64,000 nt of DNA from Felis catus (GCF_018350175.1 NC_058369.1:9364001-9428000), one strand, 5' to 3'. Counted from the stretch's first letter, positions 1-13,516 are shown. Numbers and translations: made by a program. Notes: generated by a model from the sequence alone, not told the origin.

Positions 1-322
1 ATTGGGGAGGGGGGTGGGCTAAATCCAGGCGAAGTGTCCTCGTAAGAGAAAGAGACACAGGGACAAGGCCAGGTGAAGACAGAGACAGAGGCGCAGCGAT
101 GTAGCCACAAGTCAAGGAACGTGTAAGGGTTGCCACCAACCACCGAAAGCTGGACGGGAGACATGGATGGACAGCTTCTACTTCAGGACCTTCGGTGAGA
201 GCCGCCCCGCCGATACCTTGATTTCCGGACTTCCTGCCTCCCGAGTTGTGAGACAAGAAATTTCTGTTGTTTTAAGCCACTCAGTCTGCGGCGGTTTGTT
301 ACAGCTCTCCTAGGAGAGTAAT
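1..322 (+). mobile_element. MaLR MLT1-type LTR fragment
   Basis: Characteristic ...ccttgatttccggacttc...aaatttctgttgttttaagccactcagtctg...tttgttacagc 3' end. Confidence 0.75.
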
Positions 323-389
323 ATTGCTACTATTTAATGTTTTTAAAGCCATCTGTTCTCTTTTTTCTACTTATGTGTGTTTTTTAATC

Positions 390-623
390 TTTTTTTTTTT
401 TTAAAGAATTTTCTTTTTTTGAAACAGCGCATTTATTTCGCGCGCGTAAGAGAGAGCGCACGAGCCGGAGAGGGGCAGAGAGAGAGGGAGAGAGAGAATC
501 CCAAGCAAGCTCCCCGTGGTCAGCGAGGAGCCCGACACAGGGCTCGAACTCACGAACTGTGAGATCGTGACCTGAGGTGAAATCGAGTCCGATGCTTGAC
601 CGACTGAGCCACCCAGGCGCCCC
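390..623 (-). mobile_element. Can-SINE (felid SINEC type)
   Basis: Reverse complement of ggggcgcctgggtggctcagtcgg head, (CT)n stretch and A tail. Confidence 0.9.
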
Positions 624-916
624 TCTCCTTGTGTGTTTCACCACTCTAAGCACCAGTCGTTGCTCTGTAGGTGAGGCTTTTCCAAATGCATGGTGACATA
701 AGACACGGGCTGAGCGTCGTGTCCTCGTCCTCCTTCCGGTTGCTTCCCTAAAACCAGGCCTTTACCTCCATGCTGCGCAGCGATCCTGAGGAGCCAGTAG
801 TCCCCATCGTGGGGTGCTATGGTCGGCAGCCACCCACAGATCTGACTGTCCCACGAGTCTCCGAGCCAAGTGCTGTCACCCATCCACACCCCGCCAGTCC
901 TTTGATGGCAGCTGCT

Positions 917-1458
917 GGGGGTCAGAGAGGTGCCACCCCCAAATACGCCACTTGAGGATGATTTTGAGCTGAAGGCAAGTGAGATGCAAAAGAGCTCTTT
1001 GTCCTCCTGTTTTCTACCTAAAAGCAGGGCATCAATTTCCTTTTAAGAAGGTGACAGAAAGTTCCCGTTTTGAAGGTGTCCCCTTTTCTCCTGTGTCGGG
1101 AAGAGAAGGGTGACTCATCACTGAAGACGGCGAGGCACCAGGGTGAGTCTGTATAAACAAACCTTAGGAAACCTTACAAAAATAATCCTTATCTTCCATT
1201 AGTTTCCACCGTATATTTCCTAGTCATTTCCCCATAATTTACTCATCCCTGCAAGCCCAAACTCCCTTTTCTTTGTTAAAATGGTATATAAACCCCTGAG
1301 TCGAATCACTCTTTTGAATTTCACCGCTTTTCTGAGCGCGTAAATATTAATAAAAGTCGTGTGCCTTTTTCCCCGTTAATCCGTCATTTCTCAGTTTAAT
1401 TCACAGGCCTCAGTCACTGACTCTAAGAGGGTAGAGGAAATGTTTTGCCTCCCTGACA
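917..1458 (+). mobile_element. ERV1 solo LTR, MER34-like
   Basis: TG...CA termini, gccacccccaaatacgcc...attttgagctgaaggcaa start, TATA (tatataaa) and AATAAA; family assigned from memory. Confidence 0.6.
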
Positions 1459-2491
1459 CAGTAGTGGGCCCCCATTTCACAGACAGAACATTGAGGCTCA
1501 GAGAGAGAACAGGGGGAAGCTTTAGACTGTAGCGAAGCAGTTCCTTTCAGCCCTGAGGATGTCTGGATCTCTCAGATCATTGTCCCCAGGTAGGAGGCTG
1601 CCCAGGGCATTGGCAGGGTATACTTGGCTTTCAGAGTCCCCATTTCCCTGCCCCTTCTGCAGCCTTCCAGATGACGTGGCTGAGGCCAGAGACTGAGGGG
1701 ATGTGAGACCAGGGCTTAAGCCAAGCCACCCTCTGCCTCTTCCCCTCCTGATTCCCTCCCTCTGAGTCTCCTGGGCAACTTACATTTGCCCCAGCCTGAA
1801 GGTTGTGGGTGATGGAGTCCTGGGGTCCAGCCTCCCTGCACGCAGCCTCAGGTTTGGGCCCAGGGGCTGTGGGGGGCTCTGGCAGGAGGACTTGTTCCCT
1901 TGTGGACAGATGGCTGCGGTTTCCCTGGTTCCAGAGGGAATTGCACGGGACAAATGTGCCGAACAGCTTCAGCACCACGGGAGGTGGGCCTTGGCCAGAG
2001 GCCAGCCCTGCCTCGGGCAGACAGCTGGCCTCGACGTCTGTGGGGGGTTGTGACTGGCTTCCTACCTGGTTAGCAAGTGAAAACCCTCTTTCGCTTTTTG
2101 TTGGACCGGTCACTTCCTAGATGTCATTATTGTGGAGGGAGCTCGGCCTGCCTTGCCATTTGGAGGCCTTCTCAGGCTGCCTGCTCAGCCTTCTTTGCCC
2201 ATTTTAAGCTCGAGGGTCGAGGTCTGGAGGAAGGCCTGTCGAACTTTCTGCTTTGGTGCTATGGAAATAATGGCTCAGGTGGGACGGGGGACGCTCTGAG
2301 AACAGCAGGTCTCAAAGGGGTCCGGGCCCCTGGGGCGGGGGATATCTGTATTACCCACATAAAGAGACATGCTTTGGAGTCCTTGATAATTTTCTTAAGA
2401 ATGTAAAGGGGCGTTGACACCAAAAAGTTTGGGAACCACTTACGTAGGACAAGGGCCCAATCTGGCCCACTGTCTGTATTTATAAATAAAG

Positions 2492-2705
2492 TGTTTTTTT
2501 TTTTAATGTTTTATTTATTTTTGAGAGAGAGAGAGAGAGAGAGCGCGAGCTCAAGTGGGGGAGGGGCAAGGAGACACGGGACCCGGAAGCAGACGCCAGG
2601 CTCTGAGCTGTCAGCCCAGATCCCCACGCGAGGCTCGAACCCAGGAGGTGGGAGATGTTGGCCTGAGCTGCAGTCGGATGCTTGACTGAGCCATCCAGGC
2701 GCTCC
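2492..2705 (-). mobile_element. Can-SINE inserted into a MER58-like fragment
   Basis: SINE body; duplicated taaataaagt flanks. Confidence 0.85.
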
Positions 2706-3929
2706 TGTAAATAAAGTTTTATCAGAACACAGCCACATTCACTTGTTCGCATGTTACGTTTAACTTTCACAGTCTTATTATCATTTCGATTTTACGGCTG
2801 GAAAAACAGAGGCACAGAGAGGTTAAGTCACTTTCCTCGGGTCACAGAGCCAGTGTGTATGCGGAGTTGGGAGGGGCTCTAGGGAGGGTGGTGGCGCTAA
2901 GCTCCCCAGGGTCCAATGACTGACCCGAAAGTTGGGGTGTTTCCTTCTTCTGGTGCCCTGATGTTCCCTGAGGACCATCCCCCCCTCTCGTCTGCAGACT
3001 TTGTGGGATGCCCTCAAGCCCTTTCTAGGGAGAACGAGGAGCTGCCTTTCTGCTCAACTTGAACAAGGGGGTGTAACGGGTCTTTTGCTCGCCTGAATCG
3101 ACACAGCCCTCTGAGCGCCAACTCTGACTACAGTTTTGTGGCTATTGCCCGTATTTGCAGGAGCATTCACAGAATAGGCAAGGAGGTGAAGTCTTGACGA
3201 TGGGGAGGGGGGGGGGCGGGCAACGTGGGAGTTTCCTGTCACCTTCATCTGTGGGGCCAGCTTCTGTAAGGCTGGAGCGGGAGTGTACAGGCAGGGGCAC
3301 GGGATGGGTCTGAGGGTGGAGGGAGGGCGGGCTGTCAGCCCCTGTGGAAGAACCCCACCTCCACCTGTACCTCTCACGTGCCGCCAGCATCTTGAGCTGG
3401 CCATGACCATCCCCCATTACCCAATGGGGGGGCTGCTCTGACCTTTGATCTTTAGGACCTGCCCCACCAGCTGCTCAGATGTTTCCAACAGGAAGTTTCG
3501 CTAACGTTTGGGGCCTCACAGGCACTCCCCGGGCTCCCACTGGCCCCATCATGCAGGATGGTCATCCGAGATGATTTATCTTCCAGGATGGCTGCTTGTA
3601 GGTAGAACCTGGTTGACAGTAGACGGTGGGAGACCCGGGTGCCTGAGGGTGGAGGCGTGGGGTGGCAGCGGGGTGCACTGCTCTGCCTTCCAGCCAGGAC
3701 AGCTGGCAGGGACCTGGGTAACATCTTCGGCCTTGGCCTTCTTGGGCTTGTTCAGGTAGCCAGGATTTCTAGGGCTCTGGCCACCAAGCTCTGTGAGGAT
3801 CAGGGTCTGTCTGCCTCCTTCTTTTTCCTGCCTTCAAACCCTTTCAAAGGGCTTCCCTTCCACCATTCCCCCCTCCAAGAGACCTGGGGAGCACTTTGCA
3901 GAGGGACAAAGACCAGTCGATCCAAAAGC

Positions 3930-4895
3930 CCTTTGATTCAACTTTTTTTTATTTTTTTTTTCTTTTTGAATGTCATGCAGTAATTCACAGTCCCAAGCCC
4001 ACAGTTTTCAAACAAGGTAGGAAAAAGGAAAAAAGAAACAAAGGAAACCGGTGGTGGTGGTGGTGGTTTTTTTTTTTTTTTTTCCTTTTTCTTTTGTTAT
4101 TTCAAGCAGGACCAAATGTCAGAAAAAAATGCTTCTTTTCTCAATCATTAATTTTTTTGTCCTTTTTAAAATTGTGTATCTTTTTAAATTGATTTTTCTG
4201 CAGGCAGTAATAGTAGGGTTTGGTATAACCAGCAAGCACTCCTGTGTGTGTCTGAGAACGTGTGTGGGATATGAGCGTCTGGTGGAGGGTCTTGTGTGGG
4301 ACGCTGGGTTTCGGCTTCGCTTCCGGCTTCTCCGCCACAACACGGGCCACCAGCTCGCGTTCACCAGGGAAAGGAAAGATTCAATTGAGATGATAAAACT
4401 CATCAATAGAAGCGATTTTTTTTCTCCCCGTTTTTCTTTTAAAAATGTGTTTTTTGTTTTTTGTTTTTTTTAAATTTCCATTTTCCCCAAGGTTCTCCAA
4501 AAATGGCTGAGTTAATTCGAATCCCTTGGCTGTATGGTTTGTCTGCCTCCCCCCCCCTTCCAGGGTCCCCCTCGTGGGGGGCGGGGGGAGGCGGGGTTGG
4601 GTCGGCTGGGTGGGGCTGGGGGGGCTCATCGCCGCCCCCCCCACCCGCCCCCCAGCGGCATTTCTGGCCGAGGGTCTTCGCGGGCCACCCTGGTGTGTCC
4701 GGGTCCTGGGGTCTCCCTCCAGAGTCCGGGGCCGTCCCGGGCCCCCCCCACCCCCACCCCCACCCCCACCCCCCGGGTGCGCTGGGCAGGCGGCAGCGAG
4801 GTGGGCCCGCGGCCCGTGCGCGGCTCCTCCCCGCGGGGCGTGTGCGTGGGGTGCGTGGGGGGGCCGGGCGGGCGCGGGGGCCACCTCGCCCGGGC
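3930..4895 (-). other. CACNA1A: CACNA1A 3' UTR (end approximate)
   Basis: Lies between the stop codon and the poly(A) signal; cleavage site inferred ~15-25 nt past AATAAA. Confidence 0.75.
3948..3953 (-). terminator. Polyadenylation signal AATAAA
   Basis: tttatt on the + strand; U/GU-rich sequence (ggcttttgg...tctttgt) downstream on the - strand. Confidence 0.75.
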
Positions 4896-5545
4896 TTAGC
4901 ACCAGTCGTCGTCGTCGGTCTCGCTGTAGGCTTCGTGCAGGCCTCTCCGGGGGCCCGGCCCGCGCGGCCTGGCCGGTCCGTGCGCCAGGTAGTAGCCGTT
5001 GGGGAGTCGCCGGCCGTGCCGGGAAGGCGAGGCGCACGCCGCCGGGCCCGGGGCCCGGGGAGTCCTGGGCGAGCACGCGCGTCGCGCGGGGGGTGGCGCG
5101 TCGTAAGCCGCGGCCCGGGGCTCCTCCCCTCCTCCGCCGCCCGGGCCGTCGGCCTCGTCGTAGTCGGAGCCCCGGTAGTAGCCGTGGTGCCGGGGCCCGG
5201 GGGGCCCCTCGGACGCCGGCCACCGCGCCCCGCCGTGGCGACACGCCCTGGGGGACTCGCTCCGGGCCGGGCCCGGGCCCCGCCGCTCCATCGCGGGCGA
5301 GCGGCTGCTGCCGTGGCCCCCCGCGGGCGGCCGCTCCCCGGCCAGAGGCTCGGCCGCGGGGCCCGGGTACCTCCGCGGGCCGCTGGGGGCCGCCCGGCCC
5401 GGCCGCGCCGCCGGCTGCTGTTGCTGCTGCTGCTGCGGGGGACCCGAGCCGCCGGCCTTACGGATCACGGGGGAATAGGACACGTGTGGCCGGGGGGTGG
5501 AGGGGGTCTGGGGGAGCTGGCGGCGTCCCCGCCGCGGAGTGCTGG
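4630..5545. promoter_or_regulatory. 3' CpG island over exon 47 and the proximal 3' UTR
   Basis: Very high GC and dense CpG by inspection. Confidence 0.75.
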
Positions 5546-5591
5546 TACCAGATGTTGAGGGGGCTGGGCTTCCACTTACGGAACTACTGCC
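4896..5591 (-). CDS. CACNA1A: CACNA1A exon 47 coding part, long (+GGCAG) isoform: [15 protein letters not shown]...RQLPQTP...Q7...[10 protein letters not shown]
   Basis: gtgtag|GGCAG TAG; 696 nt = 231 aa plus TAA; contains the RQLPQTP SH3-ligand motif and the C-terminal DDWC PDZ ligand. Confidence 0.96.
   Translation of the reverse strand, partial: GSSSVSGSPAPSTSGTSTPRRGRRQLPQTPSTPRPHVSYSPVIRKAGGSGPPQQQQQQQPAARPGRAAPSGPRRYPGPAAEPLAGERPPAGGHGSSRSPAMERRGPGPARSESPRACRHGGARWPASEGPPGPRHHGYYRGSDYDEADGPGGGGGEEPRAAAYDAPPPARRACSPRTPRAPGPAACASPSRHGRRLPNGYYLAHGPARPRGPGPRRGLHEAYSETDDDDWC
5415..5435 (-). repeat. Polyglutamine tract orthologous to the human SCA6 repeat: (CAG)4 CAA (CAG)2
   Basis: Read directly; follows GGSGPP in exon 47. 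Confidence 0.95.
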
Positions 5592-6308
5592 CTACACGAA
5601 AATTGAAACAAAGGAAATCAAAAAAAAAGATACAACAAAATCAACCAGAAGGAGACGGAGGAGACACAGAGGACGGGAGGGAGAGAGGGAGGGGGCAAAG
5701 GAAAACCAAAGGGGGCGGGGGCGGGGGCGGGGGCGGGGGCGGGGAGAGGGGACCGGGAGGAGGAGGCGGAGGAGAGGTGGGGGGGAGGGGACACGGGACG
5801 TTTGAATGGAAAAAAAGGAGAAAAGCAACAGCCACAGGTAGGAGGAGGAGGACGAGGAGGGGAGGAGGGGGAGGAGGAGGGAGAGGAGGAGTGAGAGACA
5901 AGGAGGGAGGGGGAAGTCGAAAACCAACACAACAAAGTGAAAAGAGAAATGAGAAATGGAGTTTTGTAAGTTTCGGGGTTAAATAGCAGAAGTTTCAAAA
6001 ATTACTCACAGGCGTCCAGAGGACAGAAATCATAATCGAAACAAAAACGGAAGCCGGGTTAAAGGAAAGCAAAAGGCAGCAGGCAGCCAGCGGGGGGCAT
6101 GAGTCGTAAGGACCACGCTGGCCAGAAACTCAAACGGTGATCCACAACCAAAGAGGAAGCAGCTGCGGGGCAGGGGAGGGGGCGGCAGGCGGGCAGGGGG
6201 GCTGGGGGGGAGGCAGAGTGGGGAGCCAGAGTGGCTGGGGGCAGCGTCTCCCCCTGCCCGGCTCCCCCCTGGCTTGGGGACCCCAGTGGTGGGCAGGGCC
6301 AGAGGTCA

Positions 6309-6824
<516 letters not shown>

Positions 6825-6995
6825 TCAGGGTCCCCAGGCTCTGGGCGGCATCGGGCCCAGCTCGGCCGCTTGGTCCTGTCCCCTGAGGATCCTGCTCCTG
6901 ATCCAGACCTCCTCTTTTCGGCCTCGGTGTTTCCTCTGCTCTCCCTTGTCGTCCCCTCCCCTCCTTCGTCCCCTGGGCCCTGAGTGGTCGCCCAC

Positions 6996-7182
6996 CTGTG
7001 TCCACGTCCGTGTAGCGGCCCAGGGAGCGCTCAGAGGCTCGGTGGCCGCGGTCTCGGCGCCGCTGGTGGTGGTGCTGGGTGTCTTCAGGCGGCACCCTCT
7101 CCAGGGAGTAATCGTCCAGGCGCCGGGCCTTGGGGCCCAGCACGGAGGCTGAGCGCTTCATGGGGCTGGTGTCTGAGATGGT
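6996..7182 (-). CDS. CACNA1A: CACNA1A exon 45 ([62 protein letters not shown])
   Basis: 187 nt, ccccag| ... |gtgggc. Confidence 0.96.
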
Positions 7183-8242
7183 CTGGGGGGTGGACAGGCC
7201 AGCGGGCCGGGGTCAGCGGCCCGCACCAGGCGGTCCGGTCTGTCCCGGCCCCTCAGCCCTCAGTGACGGGGCGTGAGTGTCGGGGGCAGAGTCCCAGAGG
7301 GCCGTGGGGCTCGGCTTCTGATCCACCAGGGTCCCGGGACCCTTCTGCCTCCTCCCAGGCCCATCCTGGGTTCCGGCCAGGAGGCCCCATCTGATCCACC
7401 CCCGTTTCTCGGAACCACCCCTGGGAGGTACCCCCCAGCCCTGGCCATCCAACCAGGGGCAGGCAGGCTCGCCGAAGGGGAGAGCGTCCCCCAGCCCGGG
7501 TACCGCCCGGAAGCCCTGGGCCCTGGGCAGCTCAGCCCGGCGCTCACTCCTGCCTGCTCTCTGGAGGCTGGCAGGCCTCCTGCGTGCTCAGGACCGGGTG
7601 CCCAGCCTTCCGGCTCACTGTCCTCTCCTGGGCTAGCCGGGACCGGGCTTTCCTGCCCACCCGAGTCCGGCTCCCGAAGGGAGCCCTTGAGGGGCTTCCC
7701 CTGGCATTTGAGGCCCCGAGGGGAGCTGCCCTTCCCCTTGGCCTGCAACCTGGGAGCCTGCCCGCGCTGCACCCCCAGGGGTCAAACCCTAGAGAGGGGC
7801 CTGTGGTTCTCTGCTGCTGGGAGAGGAGAGGAGGAAGATGGCACCTGAGGCCATCCCAGCCGAATGGCCGGTGGCTCCGCGCCCCAGGTGGCAGTTTTAA
7901 GAGACTTGGGGCTTCTGCACCAGAGGGTCAGGGGTGGCGTCAGGGGTACGAGCCTCTGAAAAAGAGCGGGCCAGGTGGGGCTGCAGGTGAGGCTTCCTGG
8001 AAAGATGGCATCTCCCAGCTTGGGGGCTTGGAGGAGAGGGGGTTGGGGGGAAGGGTGGGGGGCAGGCCCGCCCGGCAGGCACACGGAAGACACAACACAC
8101 AAGGATGGGGCTTCACGGGGTGGGGGGTTGCAGTCTGCAAAGAAAGGGGGGGGGGTCCGAGGACAGGGGAGATGACGGGACTCCCACGAGGGGGGGTGGG
8201 CGGGAAGAGGGGGCCGGAGCCCAGCCGGGAGGCGGTACATAC

Positions 8243-8278
8243 ACTGAGGTTATTCCCACGTGGCCGGCCCCTTCTCCT
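8243..8278 (-). CDS. CACNA1A: CACNA1A exon 44 (RRRGRPRGNNLS; known cassette exon, AT-hook-like RGRP core)
   Basis: 36 nt, tgacag| ... |gtatgt; phase 0-0. Confidence 0.93.
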
Positions 8279-9633
8279 CTGTCACAGCCCCACGGGATGG
8301 TGCACACAGAAAAACAGAAAGAAGAAAATAAATATAAAAGCCAAGAGGGAGAGTGAGAGGTGGTACACGGAGATGCCAGGATCGGGAAAGAGGAACCCGG
8401 GAGGTGGGGGGGAGGGGGGGAGGGGGACGGGGCAAGAGGGTCAGGGAAAGAGGTGTTAAAGTCCCTGGTGTGTGGGTGACCCCCAGGCCCGGCTGGCCAG
8501 CCTCCCACGGGCACAGAGGAGACAGACAGGCGACACCACAGACAGACAGATGGCAGAGGCACGAGACAGACAGATGGGATGGCGTGACCACAGGCCCCGG
8601 GCCCTGGGCTCCGCCTCATGCAGGGTGCCCCAGCCCTGGTTCCCACTGACACTCAAAAGCTTGGGGAGGGGTGGCCGTCAGCCGTCCTGTCCCAACCCTC
8701 TCTTGGGGTCCAGCGACTCAGTCCTGGGGGTGTGGGCGGCGCGGGCGGTGGGGGGAAGGCCTGGCGGGATGACGCTGGGCGGCCACATGCAGCTGGGCGC
8801 CCCCCCCCCCCCCCGAGTTCTCAGCAGCCAGAGACCAGGTCCTGGAGCCACCCTGGCCCAGCCAGGCACAGCACAGCCTTGTACCCCGTGCACACGCCAT
8901 GGCACAGCACACGGGAAGCCTGCCACAGCCAGACTATGCCGCCCTGCCTTGTAGGCTGGGCGGGCAGCCAGCCATGCTTCTGGCTCCGGTGCCCCTGTCC
9001 CTGCGAGCCTGGGGCAGTGGGCGCACCTCCCCCCCCCCCCCTCCCCCGCCAGCACTGACCAAGTGGGTGCTACAGCTGGGTGAAGCGGCCACACACAGAC
9101 ACGCATCAGGCATACGTCCCCGTCCCTCCCCACTGGCCCCCACAAAGACCAGACAGGAAATACAAACCCCAGCTGTCCCCAGGCCACCCACCCCCCGCCA
9201 GACTCCGCTACCAGGTCCTAGGACCTGCCAAGCTCCCAAGAGCAGACCCACGTGCACACGCGTGTGCGTCCGTAGGTGCCAGAAAGAGCACAAACGGACA
9301 CGTAGCGTGCGTCTGTGCGTGCGCGTGCCCGGGTGCGCGTTCCCGATCGCCGGTCTCACCTGGCCCTGACGCGTCACCTCCCCCACCCTTCCCGCGCCCC
9401 CATGTGTCCTCCATCAGGGAGGAGCTGAGGGCCTCCGGGGGTGGCCACAGAGGGTGGCAGGGCCCTCACCCTGTGGCTGAGGGTGTGGGTGGCCCCCTTG
9501 AGCCGGGGTCCCGGAGGAAAGAGACCCCTTGGGCCGTGCGGGGAGGGAGGGGGCCACGGCATCCCCACTGCTGGCCGGCAGGGACCCTGGGGGCCCTGAG
9601 TCCAGCCCTGGGGGGGGGGGGTGAAAGCGCTCA

Positions 9634-10125
<492 letters not shown>

Positions 10126-10128
10126 TCA

Positions 10129-10299
<171 letters not shown>

Positions 10300-10783
10300 T
10301 CAGGCTCTGGCCACGGCTGCAGCTGAGACAGCAGGGGCGCTGTGCCGAGAGTGCGCCACCTTCCCCCCCGCCCCCCGCCAAATGCCCAAAGCAATTCCCT
10401 CCTTGCAAATCCATGCGGAACGGGACCACTTCTCAACCCGGTCTGGCCCCCTCATCTCCCACGTGGACCTGGAGATTCACCTCCTCCCGGTCTCCCGGCC
10501 CCAGCCCTTACCAGCTACGGCCACCAGAGGGCGGCCACCTGAGTGAGGTCGCTTCCCCCGTCTAAGGAGGAGCAGGGTGGCTCGCGTCTGACTCAGAGCA
10601 AAGGTCAGATTGCCCCCAGGGTGCCCAGGGCCCCCAAGGCGGAGCAGATGAATTCGTCCGGGCCACCTCCTTGGCAGCGACCTGCTCTGGGTCCTGGCTA
10701 CCCCTCGCTGTTCTGGCCTGTCACCGCGGTGCCCGCAGGGCGACGGGCACCGGAGCGGAGGGCGCCGGGGCCCAGGGCCGTAC

Positions 10784-10884
10784 CTGCTCCTCACGCAGGG
10801 CCTGCAGCTTCTTGGCCTTGCTTTGCCGGTAGTATTCCATAATCATCATGGCCGCGTAGATCTTCCCCACGGTCAGGTCTGTGG
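10784..10884 (-). CDS. CACNA1A: CACNA1A exon 40 ([36 protein letters not shown]-like calmodulin-binding motif)
   Basis: 101 nt, ccccag| ... |gtacgg. Confidence 0.97.
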
Positions 10885-10998
10885 CTGGGGGGGGGGGGCA
10901 CAGGACGAGCTCGCCGTGGGTGGGGGCCCCCGGAGGCACCAGCCTAGTCCCTGCACCTGCCTCCTCCTCTCTCCCGCCCCTTCCGTCCTGGCGGGTCA

Positions 10999-11307
<309 letters not shown>

Positions 11308-13516
11308 TCAAGAGGGTCCAGCCGTGCAGTCTACCGCCCCGGGCCTCGGTATTCCCATCCGCGAAACGGGACGGTGGCAATAGGAGCCACCTCACCGGAT
11401 CGAAGGCCACAGTAGGTAATATGCATGTGGGCTCCGGGCAGTCTCTGCTAGAGGATTATTAGCACAGTGGCCCGTGCATCTGAGACGCGGCCCGGAGTAA
11501 GGCCAGAGAGGCTGGGGCGTCCCAGAGCAACCCTGCTAGAGGAGACTTCTCCTTCAACCAAGCCTCCCCTCCCCCGGATGTGACTGGCTGCCGCTGCTGG
11601 CCTTTGGTCCCTCACCCCAGCCACGGTGGCCACCGTCTCTTTGCCAGTGATTCCTGGTCCCTCCTGCCTGAGTGCACGGGAACATGAGTCTCCCTGGCCC
11701 CTGGGACTGGCCGGGGCCCACGTGAGGAGTTCTTTCTAATGAGCTGTGAGCACTGTGAACCGTCACTTTCGGGCCGGGGCATTTGATGGCCAGCGAGGGC
11801 CACTCTTGAGTTCTTTCTCCCTCTGGTGATATTACGGATCGTGGCTGCTCCCTCAGGCCTGGTGCCTAAGTGACTGACGGACAGAGCCCCCTGCCGACCC
11901 AGGGAGGACACACAGCAGGAACGGGAAGCAAATCTTTGTCGGCTGGAGACCTTGGGGCTGTTTGTTCCAGAAGCGGCACGTTCTCCTCCATCTCGCCTGA
12001 GACACCAACCTGGCCCCAGCGCCATTTCGGAGCCCCCAGCCCCGGGCACAAGGGCACTGTTCCTGACTTTTAGGGGCAGGCACGGAGCCACAACAGTCAC
12101 AGAGCTAGAGCAAGGGCCGGAAGGCCCCCTGCAGGCCAGATACGGACCCTGCAGTTGCTGGATTGTGGGGGGAGGCCCAGCAGGTGTGGGGAAGGGCAGG
12201 GGCCAGCTACCCACCCCTCCCCCACCACAGAGAAGCATTGCAGCATCTCAGCAGCCACCCCCTGGCGCATGCCCGCTGAAGAGCTGCTCCGCCTGGGGAG
12301 CCCCAAAAGCCCGCTTTGCCTCTCCTGGCCCGGTGTCTGCCTCTCTGCCCTTCCTCCCCCCCCCCCCCCCCCCCACCATTTCCCCGGCCCACCCTTGGGC
12401 TGCCCCGGCCCAGCTTCTCCGCGGATGCGGGCCAAGCACAGCCATCTGCCAGGCACTCTGTGGAGTTTTCACTCATCTTCTCCCATGTGACTCTGGACAC
12501 GTGTCTTTATTTCGGGAAAAGTCTAGCAGAAGGGGCTTTTTGTCGATGCGCAGGTAAAGCTCAGTGCCTGTGCTGGAGTGAGAATGTTGAGGCAATGCGG
12601 CACTTCGCTGCCTGGGTTAGCACGGCCGCCTCTGCTCAGGTCTCCATGTCCGCCCCCCCCTCCACCACCAGGGGGCGCCTGTGACCATCCCCGTCGGTCA
12701 CGGGCCTCCTCTGCTTGGAGCTCTTGTGATTGCCCACGCCCTCACCCTCACCATGAGCCCAGAAGGCCCCGCGCGATGTTCCTTCTTTTCCTCTACTTCT
12801 GCCCTTGCTCACTCTGCCCCAGACACACCGATCTCACTGTTCCTCAAACACACCAGGCACGGTCCCGTCTCAGGGCCTTTGCACAGCCTGTATTTCCTTT
12901 GCCAGGATCGTTCTTCCTGCAGATACCCGCATGGCTCCCTCCCTTACCTCTTTCAGGTCCCTGCCCGACCTCTTTATCAAACAAGTCTTCTAGCTGGCCT
13001 CCCCAGCTAAAAACAGCCCTCCCCCATCCTCTTTGACGCCCTCCTGCTTTCTCTTCTTCCCACACATCACCTCATGATGTCATTCCCTATCTCATCCGCT
13101 AGAGGGCGAACTCCCCTGGTCAGGTCTTCCTTTACACCACTGGCGACGCAGGGGGCTGTGGTCACCAGGGGCCAAGCTGCACGGGGGGGGGGGGGGGGGT
13201 GGGACTGATGGGTGGTGGGTCAGGACTCAGGTTGGGAGGTCAGGACTCTTGCGGGAGACCCTTGGGACCCTTGGGAAAACCCCCAGTGTTGTTAAGCTCT
13301 CAAGACCCTAGACACTAACCTATAACTGTTTCTCTTTCCTTACGGGAAGTGGCTGTCTGCTGTCCACTGTGGCTAAGGGAGGTGCCCAGGGTCTCTGTGG
13401 CTCCTTCTCAGAGACACAGGAAGGGAGAAAAGAGAACATAACATTTCTTATTAAAAGCCACTTTCTCTTTAGGGCTTATGTTTCCCGCTTCTCATGAAGA
13501 AAAGGAAGACACCTGG

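Noticed and set aside
4381..5986. Long ORFs of 287-486 aa overlapping exon 47 (+ strand and alternate - frame)
   Set aside because: Stop-poor shadows of a very GC-rich CpG island; low-complexity G/P/R/A peptides without recognisable domains or real ATG starts.
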